The notes under the pieces are model-generated. The model made no database searches, was not told where the DNA came from, and saw only the letters and a program-made list of their open reading frames with translations. From the NCBI GenBank assembly GCA_031459385.1, contig JAVKIP010000011.1, positions 1 through 64,000 of the forward strand: 64,000 nt of DNA, read 5' to 3'. Shown here one piece after another: positions 18,665 to 27,345 of the stretch. Numbering within the stretch: position 1 is the first letter of the stretch; every line of letters starts with the position of its first letter. A program made the translations under genes and the position numbers. This DNA is from Candidatus Fervidifonticultor secundus. Its GTDB lineage: Bacteria; Sysuimicrobiota; Sysuimicrobiia; Sysuimicrobiales; Humicultoraceae.

Positions 18665-19125
18665 CGGGGCGGCGTCCGGATGGTCCAGGTCCGGTAGAAT
18701 TCCGCGTCGCTGAGCTGCGCGTGCAGCCAGCGGTCCAGGTGGGGGACCGCCATGGTGACCGTCAGCACGATGCTGCCGTTGGGGCGGACCGCCCGCACCG
18801 TGATCAGGTCCAGGGCCAGGCGAGGGTTGGCGCCCGGCGCGGCCACCCGGGCGACCTCGGGGCGCAGGGCGGCCGCCGTGCCGCCCGCGCGGGTGACGTA
18901 GACGATGTCGGCGCGCCGGGCCCCGCCGGTGGCGCGCCGATCGGTGATCGCGAGCGCCAGTACCCGAAAGCCCTGCGCCTCCAGCGCCCGACGGTAATCG
19001 CCCGCGAGCGCGCTGTCCGGAGATGCGGCTACAGCGCCACGGCCCCCCACGGCCACCGCCAGGATCGCCACGATCGACGCCAGCACCCATCGCCGCATCT
19101 GCATCTTCCACGTGAGGTTCGCCAT
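18661..19125 (-). CDS. Hypothetical secreted protein
   Basis: SD GGAGGG, signal peptide [19 protein letters not shown]; stop overlaps the convergent gene. Confidence 0.6.
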   Translation of the reverse strand: MANLTWKMQMRRWVLASIVAILAVAVGGRGAVAASPDSALAGDYRRALEAQGFRVLALAITDRRATGGARRADIVYVTRAGGTAAALRPEVARVAAPGANPRLALDLITVRAVRPNGSIVLTVTMAVPHLDRWLHAQLSDAEFYRTWTIRTPPR

Positions 19126-19215
19126 CGCCCTCCGAAGCTCCCACCGCGCTGGCGCGGCAGGAGGCCGCTGAGGAGCCGCGAAGGTTCCTCCCACGATCAC
19201 CGGGAGAGACGGTGC

Positions 19216-20223
19216 ATGTCGCGTCCACGGGTCTACGTGACCCGGCGCCTGCCGGCGCCGGCGATGGAACGGCTGGCGCAGGCGGCGCAGGTCGCGACGT
19301 GGCCCGACGACGACCGCCCGCCGCCGCGGGAGGTGCTGGTCCGGGAGGCGGCGGCCTCGGACGGCCTGGTGGTGCTCGTCACCGACCTCATCGACGGTGC
19401 ACTGCTCGACGCCGCGCCCCGCGTCCGCGTCGTGAGCAACGTCGCCGTCGGCTATGACAACGTCGATGTCCCGGCCGCCACTGCCCGAGGTGTGGTGGTG
19501 ACCAACACGCCGGGCGTGCTGACCGAGACCACCGCCGACTTCGCGTTCGCCCTGCTGCTGGCCGCTGCGCGCCGCGTGGCCGAGGCCGACCGCTTCACTC
19601 GCGCCGGGCGCTGGACGAGCTGGGGGCCGCTCTTCTTCGTCGGGCGCGACGTCTACGGACAGACGCTGGGGCTGGTGGGGCTCGGCCGCATCGGCACCGC
19701 GGTCGCCCGCCGCGCGCGTGGCTTTGGCATGCGCGTGCTCTACCACAGCCGCACCCGCAAGCCCGAGGCGGAGCAGGAGCTGGACGTGGCGTACGTGGGG
19801 CTGGAGGAGCTGCTCCGGCGCGCCGACTTCGTCAGCATTCACGTGCCGCTGTCGGAGGAGACCCGGCATCTGATCGGCGCCCCCCAGCTGCGCCTGATGA
19901 AGCCCACAGCCATTCTGGTCAACACGTCGCGGGGAGCGGTGGTGGACCAGCGTGCGCTCTACGAGGCCCTGGCGCGGCGCCAGATCTGGGCCGCGGGCCT
20001 GGACGTCTTCGAGGTCGAGCCCATTGCGCCCGACGACCCGCTGCTGGCGCTGGACAACGTGGTAGTCGCGCCGCACATCGGCAGCGCGTCGGTCGAAACC
20101 CGCACGAAGATGGCGCTCATGGCCGTGGAGAACTGCCTGGCGGCCCTCGACGGGCGGCAGCCGCCCCACATGGTGAACCCCGAGGTATGGGAGCGGCACC
20201 GCGGGAGGAGGACGGAGACATGA
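19216..20223 (+). CDS. gyaR: D-2-hydroxyacid dehydrogenase (glyoxylate/hydroxypyruvate reductase)
   Basis: [42 protein letters not shown]. Confidence 0.9.
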   Translation: MSRPRVYVTRRLPAPAMERLAQAAQVATWPDDDRPPPREVLVREAAASDGLVVLVTDLIDGALLDAAPRVRVVSNVAVGYDNVDVPAATARGVVVTNTPGVLTETTADFAFALLLAAARRVAEADRFTRAGRWTSWGPLFFVGRDVYGQTLGLVGLGRIGTAVARRARGFGMRVLYHSRTRKPEAEQELDVAYVGLEELLRRADFVSIHVPLSEETRHLIGAPQLRLMKPTAILVNTSRGAVVDQRALYEALARRQIWAAGLDVFEVEPIAPDDPLLALDNVVVAPHIGSASVETRTKMALMAVENCLAALDGRQPPHMVNPEVWERHRGRRTET

Positions 20224-21074
20224 AGGGACGGTTCGGTCCGTACCTGGCCGTGCTGGCGGTGGTGGTGGTGCTGGGGCTCTACTACCGCGCCCGTCAGCAG
20301 CCCGCGCCGCCACCGGCCCCGGTTCAGCAGGAGCCCGCCCCGACCGCCGCGCCCACGGCCGCGCTCCCCGACCTGGGTGGGCGTGAGCTCAAAATCGGCA
20401 GCGACACCACCTACCCGCCTTTCGAGTACGTCGACGAGAACAAGAACATCGTCGGCTTCGACCCCGACCTGCTGGCCGAGATTTGCCGGCGCGTGAACTG
20501 CAGGGCCAGCTTCGTCACCACCGCGTGGGAGGGCATCTTCGTGGCCCTGGCCCAGGGCCAGTTCGACGCCGTCGCCTCGGGCGTGACCATCACCGAGGAG
20601 CGCAGGAAGACCGTGGACTTCTCGGAGCCCTACCTCACCTACGGGCAGGTGGTGCTGGTCCGCCAGGACGAGGCGTTCATCAAGGGCGTCGATACCCTGG
20701 TGGGGAAGACCGTGGCCGTCCAGACCGGCACCACCAACGACGAGAAGGCGTTGGCGTTGCAGAAGGAAGGCAAGCTCGGCAGTGTGCGGCGCTACGAGAC
20801 GTTCGCCCTGGCCGTACAGGCGCTGATCAACCGCGATGTGGACGCGGTGATCATCGACTCGTACGCCGCCGACGGCTTCATCGCTCTGCACGCCGGCCAG
20901 TTGAAGAAGGTCGGGGAACCGTTCACGAGCGAGGCGCTGGGCATCGCCATCAAGAAGGGCGATGCGGTTCTCAAGGAGGCGCTGGACGCCGCATTGATCC
21001 AGATGAAGGCCGACGGCACGCTCGAGCGCCTGTACCAGAAGTGGTTCGTCGAGCGGGCGCCGGGCAAGCAGTAG
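20220..21074 (+). CDS. Polar amino acid ABC substrate-binding protein (family 3)
   Basis: [33 protein letters not shown]. Confidence 0.92.
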   Translation: MKGRFGPYLAVLAVVVVLGLYYRARQQPAPPPAPVQQEPAPTAAPTAALPDLGGRELKIGSDTTYPPFEYVDENKNIVGFDPDLLAEICRRVNCRASFVTTAWEGIFVALAQGQFDAVASGVTITEERRKTVDFSEPYLTYGQVVLVRQDEAFIKGVDTLVGKTVAVQTGTTNDEKALALQKEGKLGSVRRYETFALAVQALINRDVDAVIIDSYAADGFIALHAGQLKKVGEPFTSEALGIAIKKGDAVLKEALDAALIQMKADGTLERLYQKWFVERAPGKQ

Positions 21075-21109
21075 CCCGCGGCCGGCTGGCGCCGATCCCG
21101 TGGGAGCGA

Positions 21110-21883
21110 GTGCCGTGGTGGGTCGTCGTCTTGCTGACCGCGGGTCTGGCGGTGTCGCTGCAGGTCGCGACCTCGACCGTCTACTGGGAGACCCTGCGGT
21201 TCCTGTGGGACGGCGTGCTGCTGACCCTCCACCTGTCCGTTGCGGCGTTCGCGCTGGCGCTGGTCGTCGGGCTCGTGGCCGGGCTCATGCGCCTGTCGAC
21301 CCACCCCGTGTTGCACACGGCGGCGACGCTGTACGTGGAGGTGGTGCGCGGCGTCCCGCTGCTCGTGCTGCTGATCTACATTGCGTTCGTGGCAGCGCCG
21401 GTCGTCTCCGATGCCCTGGCGGGCCTGGCGCGGGCGCTGGGCCTGCCCGGCGTGGCGCGCTGGCTCGCCGCGGGCATCCGCAATGACGTCAACCGGGCCG
21501 TGCTGGGGCTGGGCATCGGGTACGGCGCCTACCTGGCCGAGGTCTACCGGGCCGGCATCCAGGCCATCCCCCGTGGCCAGGTCGAGGCTGCCCGGTCCCT
21601 GGGCATGACCCACGGGCAGGCGATGCGCCTGGTGGTCCTGCCGCAGGCCGTGCGCATCATCCTGCCGCCGCTGGGCAACGACTTCATCGCGCTGCTGAAG
21701 GACTCGGCGCTGGCGTCGGCCATCGCAGTGCCGGAGCTGACCCAGGCAGGGCGCCTGCTCTCCGCCCGCACCTTCCGGGCCTTCGAGACCTACAACATGG
21801 TGGCGCTGCTCTACCTGCTGATGACGCTGGCAGGATCGGCCGGCGTGCGGCTGCTGGAGCGATGGGCGAAGACCGGGCGGTAG
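21110..21883 (+). CDS. Amino acid ABC permease (start uncertain)
   Basis: YVEVVRGVPLLV, AYLAEVYRAGI, GQVEAARSLG, LLKDSAL. Confidence 0.9.
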   Translation: MPWWVVVLLTAGLAVSLQVATSTVYWETLRFLWDGVLLTLHLSVAAFALALVVGLVAGLMRLSTHPVLHTAATLYVEVVRGVPLLVLLIYIAFVAAPVVSDALAGLARALGLPGVARWLAAGIRNDVNRAVLGLGIGYGAYLAEVYRAGIQAIPRGQVEAARSLGMTHGQAMRLVVLPQAVRIILPPLGNDFIALLKDSALASAIAVPELTQAGRLLSARTFRAFETYNMVALLYLLMTLAGSAGVRLLERWAKTGR

Positions 21884-22950
21884 ACCCTGGCCCTGCCCGC
21901 GACCGCCCGCCACGGCCCCGGCGCGCGCCGCGCCTGCGGGGGCTGGGGGTGGTGGTGCGCGATCTGCTGCCGCCGGCCGGGCGACACGACCTGCTACCGG
22001 TGGAGGCGCTGGTGGACCTGGCCGCGCTGGCCGACCGCCTGGGCTACGAGAGCCTCTGGGTGCCCGAGGGCCGCGGCCGCGAGCTGTTCAGCCTGTTGGG
22101 CGCCATGGCGCGCGTGACACGACGGGTGCGCCTGGCCACGGGCATCATGCCGATCTACTCGCGTCCGCCGGCGCTGGCGGCCATGGCGGCCGCCACGCTC
22201 GCGGACCTGACGGGCGGCCGGTTCATCCTGGGGCTGGGCACCGGTCATCCCGGGATCGTGGAGGAGGGCTACGACCACGCGTACCGGCAGCCGCTGGTGG
22301 CGATGCGCGAGTACGTGGAGATCGTCCGCCGCGTGCTCGCCGGCGGCCCCGTCGCCGTCGCCGGCCAGGTCTTCCGCGTCCACCACTTCGAGATCGAGGC
22401 GCCGCCGCGCCACGCGGTACCCGTGTACGTCGCTGCGCTGGGCGAGCAGATGCTGCGTCTGGCCGGGCAGACCGCCGACGGCGTCATCCTCAACTGGATG
22501 GGCCCTGGGCGCGCCGCATGGGCAGTGGACGTGGCGCGCCGTGCCGCGCGCGAGGCCGGCCGCGACCCCGCGGACCTTACGGTCGTCTGCTTCGTACGCG
22601 CGGCCGTCACCCAGACCCCTGACGCCGCCCGCCGCGTGCTGCGCCGCCTGGTGGCCACCTATGCGGCCATGCCCGCGTACAGCCAGATGTTCGCGGCGGC
22701 CGGATACGCCGGCGAGATGGCGGCCGTGGAGGGCGCGTGGGCGTCCGGCGGCGTGGAGGCCGCGGCCGCGACGCTGTCAGCGGAGTTCGTGGCGGAGCTG
22801 AGCGCGGTCGGCGACGCCGCCGCGTGCCGGGCACGCTTTGCCGCGTACCATGCGGCCGGCGTCGACGTGGTCGCGGCGTACCCGTTCCCCTTCGGCGCCG
22901 ACCCCGCGGCGTCGCTGCGGGCGACAGTGGAGGGGCTGGCGGCGGCGTAG
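21862..22950 (+). CDS. LLM-class flavin-dependent oxidoreductase (start uncertain)
   Basis: GYESLWVPE, RLATGI, GRFILGLGTG, ADGVILN. Confidence 0.88.
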   Translation: MGEDRAVDPGPARDRPPRPRRAPRLRGLGVVVRDLLPPAGRHDLLPVEALVDLAALADRLGYESLWVPEGRGRELFSLLGAMARVTRRVRLATGIMPIYSRPPALAAMAAATLADLTGGRFILGLGTGHPGIVEEGYDHAYRQPLVAMREYVEIVRRVLAGGPVAVAGQVFRVHHFEIEAPPRHAVPVYVAALGEQMLRLAGQTADGVILNWMGPGRAAWAVDVARRAAREAGRDPADLTVVCFVRAAVTQTPDAARRVLRRLVATYAAMPAYSQMFAAAGYAGEMAAVEGAWASGGVEAAAATLSAEFVAELSAVGDAAACRARFAAYHAAGVDVVAAYPFPFGADPAASLRATVEGLAAA

Positions 22951-22965
22951 CGGTTGTCCGCCGCC

Positions 22966-22995
22966 TTGCCGCACTCGAGCGCCGTCGCCTATAAT
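22966..22995 (+). promoter_or_regulatory. Sigma70-type promoter of tRNA-Val
   Basis: TTGCCG-N18-TATAAT. Confidence 0.7.
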
Positions 22996-23006
22996 GAACA
23001 TGTTTC

Positions 23007-23081
23007 GGGCGCTTAGCTCAGAGGTAGAGCGCCTCTCTGACGCAGAGGAGGTCGGAGGTTCAAGTCCTCCAGCGCCCACCA
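23007..23081 (+). tRNA. tRNA-Val (GAC)
   Basis: Cloverleaf: GGGCGCT/AGCGCCC acceptor, GCTC/GAGC D arm, CCTCT-CTGACGC-AGAGG anticodon arm, GGAGG-TTCAAGT-CCTCC T arm, encoded CCA. Confidence 0.97.
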
Positions 23082-23342
23082 GAAACCTGGCGTTCATCAA
23101 CCGAATTCGATCCCTGTCAGGGAGAGGACGTGCGTGCGTTCCTGCGTGCCGGGCTGCACCGAACGCCAGGTGCCCGTCCCACGGATCGGTGCTCACAGCG
23201 GTCCCCACCCAGCCCTTCACCCAACGTGGCACCGTTTTCGTTAGGCCACCACCGGTGGCCATCGGACGGTCGCTCCTTCGGGCCGTCGACGCGGGGCACA
23301 GTCGTGGGGCCAGGCGACCGTGGGCGCCGGGGCGCAGCGATC

Positions 23343-24395
23343 CTACGGTGCCCGCACCAGCTCCTCCAGGTTTACCCCCAGCAGCCGCGCCACCTCGCGG
23401 ATCGGCGCGAAGAACTCGTCCAGGCTCGACAGCTTGACCCGGTGCGCCGTCCGCAGCGTGTCCAGGTCGGCGAACGCCTGGATCCGGTAGAGCGCATCGA
23501 GGGTCTCCCTGCCTGGAGCGGTCTGGGCGATGCGCACCAGGGCCAGCGCCACTCGCGCCGCCACCTCCTCAGGCAGGTCCCGACGGAACGAGACAGTGTC
23601 GGCCGGGATGGGGTCGGTGCGAAGCAGCACCCGTACCCGCTCCTTGACGTCGGGATAGTGGCGGATGACGCGCTCGCGGGCGTCGTTTCCGAACTCGTCG
23701 CCGAAGGTGGCCCCGGCATCGACGCTGCCGGTGTAGACCGCCAGCACCACCTTGTCGTGCCCGCCGGCGAACACCACTTGGCTGAAGTGGCGCTGGGGGT
23801 CGAGGCCGTGGCGTTTGAGGAGGGCGGCGGGGAAGAGGTAGCCCGACGCCGAGGCGGGGTCAACGAACGCGAACCGGCGGCCCCGCAGGTCGGCAACGGT
23901 ACGGATGGGCAGGTCGGCGCGGTAAACGATCTGGGAGCGATAGTACGGGACACCGAACCGCACGCTGACCAGACGGACCTCCGCCCCACACCGCTGGTGC
24001 GCCAGCACGTAGGCGAATGGGTGCAGGAAGGCGACGTCCACGCGGCCGGCGCACATGGCCTCGATGGTGGCCGCGTAGCTGGTGGGGACGTCGGCGCGGA
24101 TCCGGTAGCCGGTGGCCACCTCGAGCATCCGGGCCAACGTGCTGCCGGTGGCCAGCACGCGCTGTGCGTCGCTGGAGGGGGTGAACGCCAGCGTGATGGT
24201 CTGGACGGGCGACGCGGCGCCGGCTAGGATGGACGGCTCGGCCCGCAGCGACCCCGAACTGGCCGCGACCAGCGCCAGGGACGCCAGCGCCGCAGCGGCC
24301 ACCCGTCCCACGCCTCCCCGCACAGCCACGGTTGCCTGCGCCGCGTCAGCAGCCGTCCGCCGTGGACCTCCTGTCCGGTCTCGCCTGGCTCGCAT
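23343..24395 (-). CDS. PhnD-family (phosphate/phosphite/phosphonate-type) substrate-binding protein, orphan
   Basis: PTSYAATIEAM, YYRSQI, FAFVDPASASGYLFP, FAGGHDKVV, TDPIP; SD AGGAGG. Confidence 0.88.
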   Translation of the reverse strand: MRARRDRTGGPRRTAADAAQATVAVRGGVGRVAAAALASLALVAASSGSLRAEPSILAGAASPVQTITLAFTPSSDAQRVLATGSTLARMLEVATGYRIRADVPTSYAATIEAMCAGRVDVAFLHPFAYVLAHQRCGAEVRLVSVRFGVPYYRSQIVYRADLPIRTVADLRGRRFAFVDPASASGYLFPAALLKRHGLDPQRHFSQVVFAGGHDKVVLAVYTGSVDAGATFGDEFGNDARERVIRHYPDVKERVRVLLRTDPIPADTVSFRRDLPEEVAARVALALVRIAQTAPGRETLDALYRIQAFADLDTLRTAHRVKLSSLDEFFAPIREVARLLGVNLEELVRAP

Positions 24396-24459
24396 CGCCG
24401 CACCTCCTGCGGGGGCTAACGACACTGCAGCCGCCCGGTCCACGCGGACTGGCGGCTGC

Positions 24460-24580
24460 GGCACGGCTCCCCACGCCAGCATTACCTGGATCGGGTCCAA
24501 CGGGTCGGCGAAGATCCCGGTGAGCGCACCGGGCGGTTCGCCCTCTCAGCCCGCCTGCTTTCGAGCTCCCCGACGATGGG
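24460..24580 (-). ncRNA. TPP riboswitch (THI element)
   Basis: Minus strand GGGGAGC...GCTGAGAG-[P3a stem]-GACCCGTTGGACCCGATCCAGGTAATGCTGGCGTGGGGAG matches the TPP aptamer consensus. Confidence 0.88.
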
Positions 24581-24732
24581 TCTGTCGCCTCCAGCCTACC
24601 GACGACACGCCGCCGCCCGCAAGGGCCTGTACCGGCCAGGGCCTGGGTTCGCGTTAGACGGCCAGCCTCTCCTGGGTACGCGCGGCGGTGTTGCACCGGG
24701 GGCGCGGGTGTGGTAAGGAGGTGACACGGCAG

Positions 24733-25638
24733 ATGTCTCGTGTGCGGATGCAGTTGGTAGTCCTGGTGGCCGCGCAGGTCCTGGTGGCCGCGCTGCTGGT
24801 CGGTGCGCCGGCGCGGTCGGCCACCGGCCTGGGCGCCACGCAGGTACTGGTGGATGTGGCCTGGGTGGCAGCGCACCTGGAGCGGCCGGACGTGCGCGTG
24901 GTGGACGTCAGCAGCGCGCCCGCGGTCTACGCGCGCGGGCACCTGGCGGGCGCCGTCTACGTCCACTGGCAGGCCGACCTGACGGATCCCACCCACCGGG
25001 TCAAAGGGATGGCTCCGACCCGCGAGCAGTTCCAGGTCCTGGCACGCCGGTTGGGGATCCGCAACGAGGACAGCGTGATCCTCTACGACGATACCAGCAG
25101 CCTGTTCGCGGCGCGGGCGTTCTGGATCTTCAAGCTCTACCGCCATCCGCGTATCGCGATCCTCGACGGCGGTAGCCGGCGCTGGGTGGCCGAGGGCCGG
25201 CCACTGGTGACCGGCAGCAGCGCGCCGGCACCGTCGACGTATGCAGCGCCCCCGCGGGACGAGAGCATCCTGGCGACAACCGAGGACCTGCTGGCGAAGC
25301 TGGGCAGCGGGCTCGTCTGCGACGCGCGCAGCCCGCGGGAGTACGCAGGCCTCGACGTGCGCGCGGCCCGCGGCGGCCACATCCCGCATGCGGTGAACGT
25401 CGAATGGACTGCCGCCGTCAACCCCGACGGGACGTTCAAGCCCGCAGAGGCGCTGGCGGCCATCTACGGGCCCCGGTTTGCGCGCGACCGCGAAGTGATC
25501 GTGTACTGCCAGACCGGGGTACGGGCTGCCCACACCTGGTTCGTGCTGAAGTCCCTGCTGGGGTACCCCCGGGTCCGCAACTACGACGGCAGCTGGGAGG
25601 AGTGGGGGAACCGCTCCGACACACCGGTGCAGCGGTAG
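24733..25638 (+). CDS. Tandem-domain rhodanese/sulfurtransferase with N-terminal signal peptide
   Basis: GHLAGA, ILDGG, GGHIPHA, active site YCQTGVRA, YDGSWEEW; SD AAGGAGGTG. Confidence 0.92.
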   Translation: MSRVRMQLVVLVAAQVLVAALLVGAPARSATGLGATQVLVDVAWVAAHLERPDVRVVDVSSAPAVYARGHLAGAVYVHWQADLTDPTHRVKGMAPTREQFQVLARRLGIRNEDSVILYDDTSSLFAARAFWIFKLYRHPRIAILDGGSRRWVAEGRPLVTGSSAPAPSTYAAPPRDESILATTEDLLAKLGSGLVCDARSPREYAGLDVRAARGGHIPHAVNVEWTAAVNPDGTFKPAEALAAIYGPRFARDREVIVYCQTGVRAAHTWFVLKSLLGYPRVRNYDGSWEEWGNRSDTPVQR

Positions 25639-25919
25639 CGACGGGGCCAACCGCGGGCCGCCACCCGCCTTCTGGGCGTTCGGGATCGCGCGGGGATTCG
25701 TACTGCAGCGCAGCCGGTTCTGCTTCGCCTCAGTCCCGCGACCTGTTTCTCTTGGACTCCGGACGCATCATGCGCAGCATCCTGGGCAGTCTGGCGGTGG
25801 CCGGCGAAGGCTACGTGGCCTCGGCGGTGGCACTGGTCAGCATCAGGCGGGCGGGCTCGTCTGCGGGGTGAGGGCCCGGACGGCCAGATCGGGGGTCGGT
25901 GGAGACCAGCCGTGTCAGC

Positions 25920-27197
25920 TCAATGATCTTGGCGGTGCGCCTGGCTCCCGTATGCAAGCCGCGCGGCGCCCGGGGGCGTCGCTCCGTCGACCCGGAGGGC
26001 GAGTCCGCACGCCAGCGCGATCCCCATGAAGCCGACACCCGGGAGGAAGAACGCACCGAACCCCAGGGCGTCCACCGTCCACCCGTAGATCGGCGGCGCG
26101 ACCAGCCCGCCCACAGCGCTCACCGCGCTCCACAGGCCGGAGTACAGGCCCACGCGGGCGGACGGAATGAGCTGCAACAGCACCGGGTAGGCGTTGTTCA
26201 GGTACAGCGCCCACGCGAGGCCGCCCAGGAGGAGCACCAGAACGAACGGCCCGGGCGTGCGCACGGCCTGCGCCAGCAGGAACGCGGCGAAGGTGCCGGC
26301 CAGGCCGGTCCGCATCACGCCCACGCGCCCGTACCGGTCGCCTGCCGCGCCGGCCGGCACGGCGCCGGCGATGAAGGTGAGGACGAAGAACCCGAGCAGC
26401 GTGGTGGCGCCGGCGGCGTCGAGTCCGAGCTGGTGGACGCCGAACCGGGTGAACATGTTCTGCACGCCGTTGACCGCGGCCACCGCGCAGAACCCCTGCA
26501 GGCCCAGCAGCGCCAGGGGCCGGATGCGGCTGGCCTCGTGCACGGCCGCCAGCACGCGGCCCCGCCCGGCTGCGGCCGCGACCTGCACGCGCTCCGCCGG
26601 GGCAGCGCAGGAGGGGTCACCTCCAGCCGTCAGGGCGTCCCGGCGCTCGCGGATCACCAGCGCGATAACGATGAGGGCGGCCACGACGACCAGGCCAGTG
26701 CCATCGAAGGGGACGGTGGCCTGCCGGCGCGACAGCGGCGCCAGCACGAAGAAGGCGATCAGCGCGCCGCACCCGGCCAGGGCGTTGATGATGCCGTTGG
26801 CCCGCCCGCGCCGCGCGTCCGGCGTGATGTCCGGCATGAGCGCCATCATGGGACCGGCGGCGAGCGCCAGCCCCACGTTCATCAGCAGGGTCGTCGCCAG
26901 CAGCGATGCGACGCTCGCGGTGCGGGGCACCAGCAGCAGGCAGAGCGCAGTGATCGGCATGCCCGCCGCCAGGAACGGTATGCGGCGCCCCCAGCGCGTG
27001 GTGACCTGGTCGCTGCGCGCGGCGACGTAGGGGACCAGCAGCACGGCAAACACGTTGTCGAGCACCATGATGAGGCCGATCAGCGTGTTGCTCTGCGTGA
27101 ACCGGCCGTACAGCAGCGGCAGATAGGCGTTGTAGGTGGCCCACGTCAGCTGCGTGGCGAGGGCGCCCAACCCCAGGGCGACGGTGCGGAGTATCAA
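25920..27197 (-). CDS. MFS transporter (maltose/sugar-like)
   Basis: About 12 TM segments, SDQVTTRWGRRIPF, ALMPDITP..RGRANG, GDRYGR. Confidence 0.88.
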   Translation of the reverse strand: MILRTVALGLGALATQLTWATYNAYLPLLYGRFTQSNTLIGLIMVLDNVFAVLLVPYVAARSDQVTTRWGRRIPFLAAGMPITALCLLLVPRTASVASLLATTLLMNVGLALAAGPMMALMPDITPDARRGRANGIINALAGCGALIAFFVLAPLSRRQATVPFDGTGLVVVAALIVIALVIRERRDALTAGGDPSCAAPAERVQVAAAAGRGRVLAAVHEASRIRPLALLGLQGFCAVAAVNGVQNMFTRFGVHQLGLDAAGATTLLGFFVLTFIAGAVPAGAAGDRYGRVGVMRTGLAGTFAAFLLAQAVRTPGPFVLVLLLGGLAWALYLNNAYPVLLQLIPSARVGLYSGLWSAVSAVGGLVAPPIYGWTVDALGFGAFFLPGVGFMGIALACGLALRVDGATPPGAARLAYGSQAHRQDH

Positions 27198-27345
27198 GGC
27201 AGCAGGGGCTTCGGCAGCGGCTGCGGCGTTCCTGGGAGGATCGCCGTGGGGCGCCTGGCGGGGCAGCTGTGACGCTCCAGGCAGGACTGTTGCAGCCGTG
27301 CGGGTCTCGCGCGCCGCGTCGGCCGGGGTGCATTGCCCTCGCTTG

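Noticed and set aside
23082..23342. Possible integrative-element attachment region after tRNA-Val
   Set aside because: No integrase, and I found no duplicate of the tRNA 3' end in the window.
25640..25920. Short ORF MRSILGSLAVAGEGYVASAVALVSIRR
   Set aside because: No SD or family motif; may be a gene remnant or noise.
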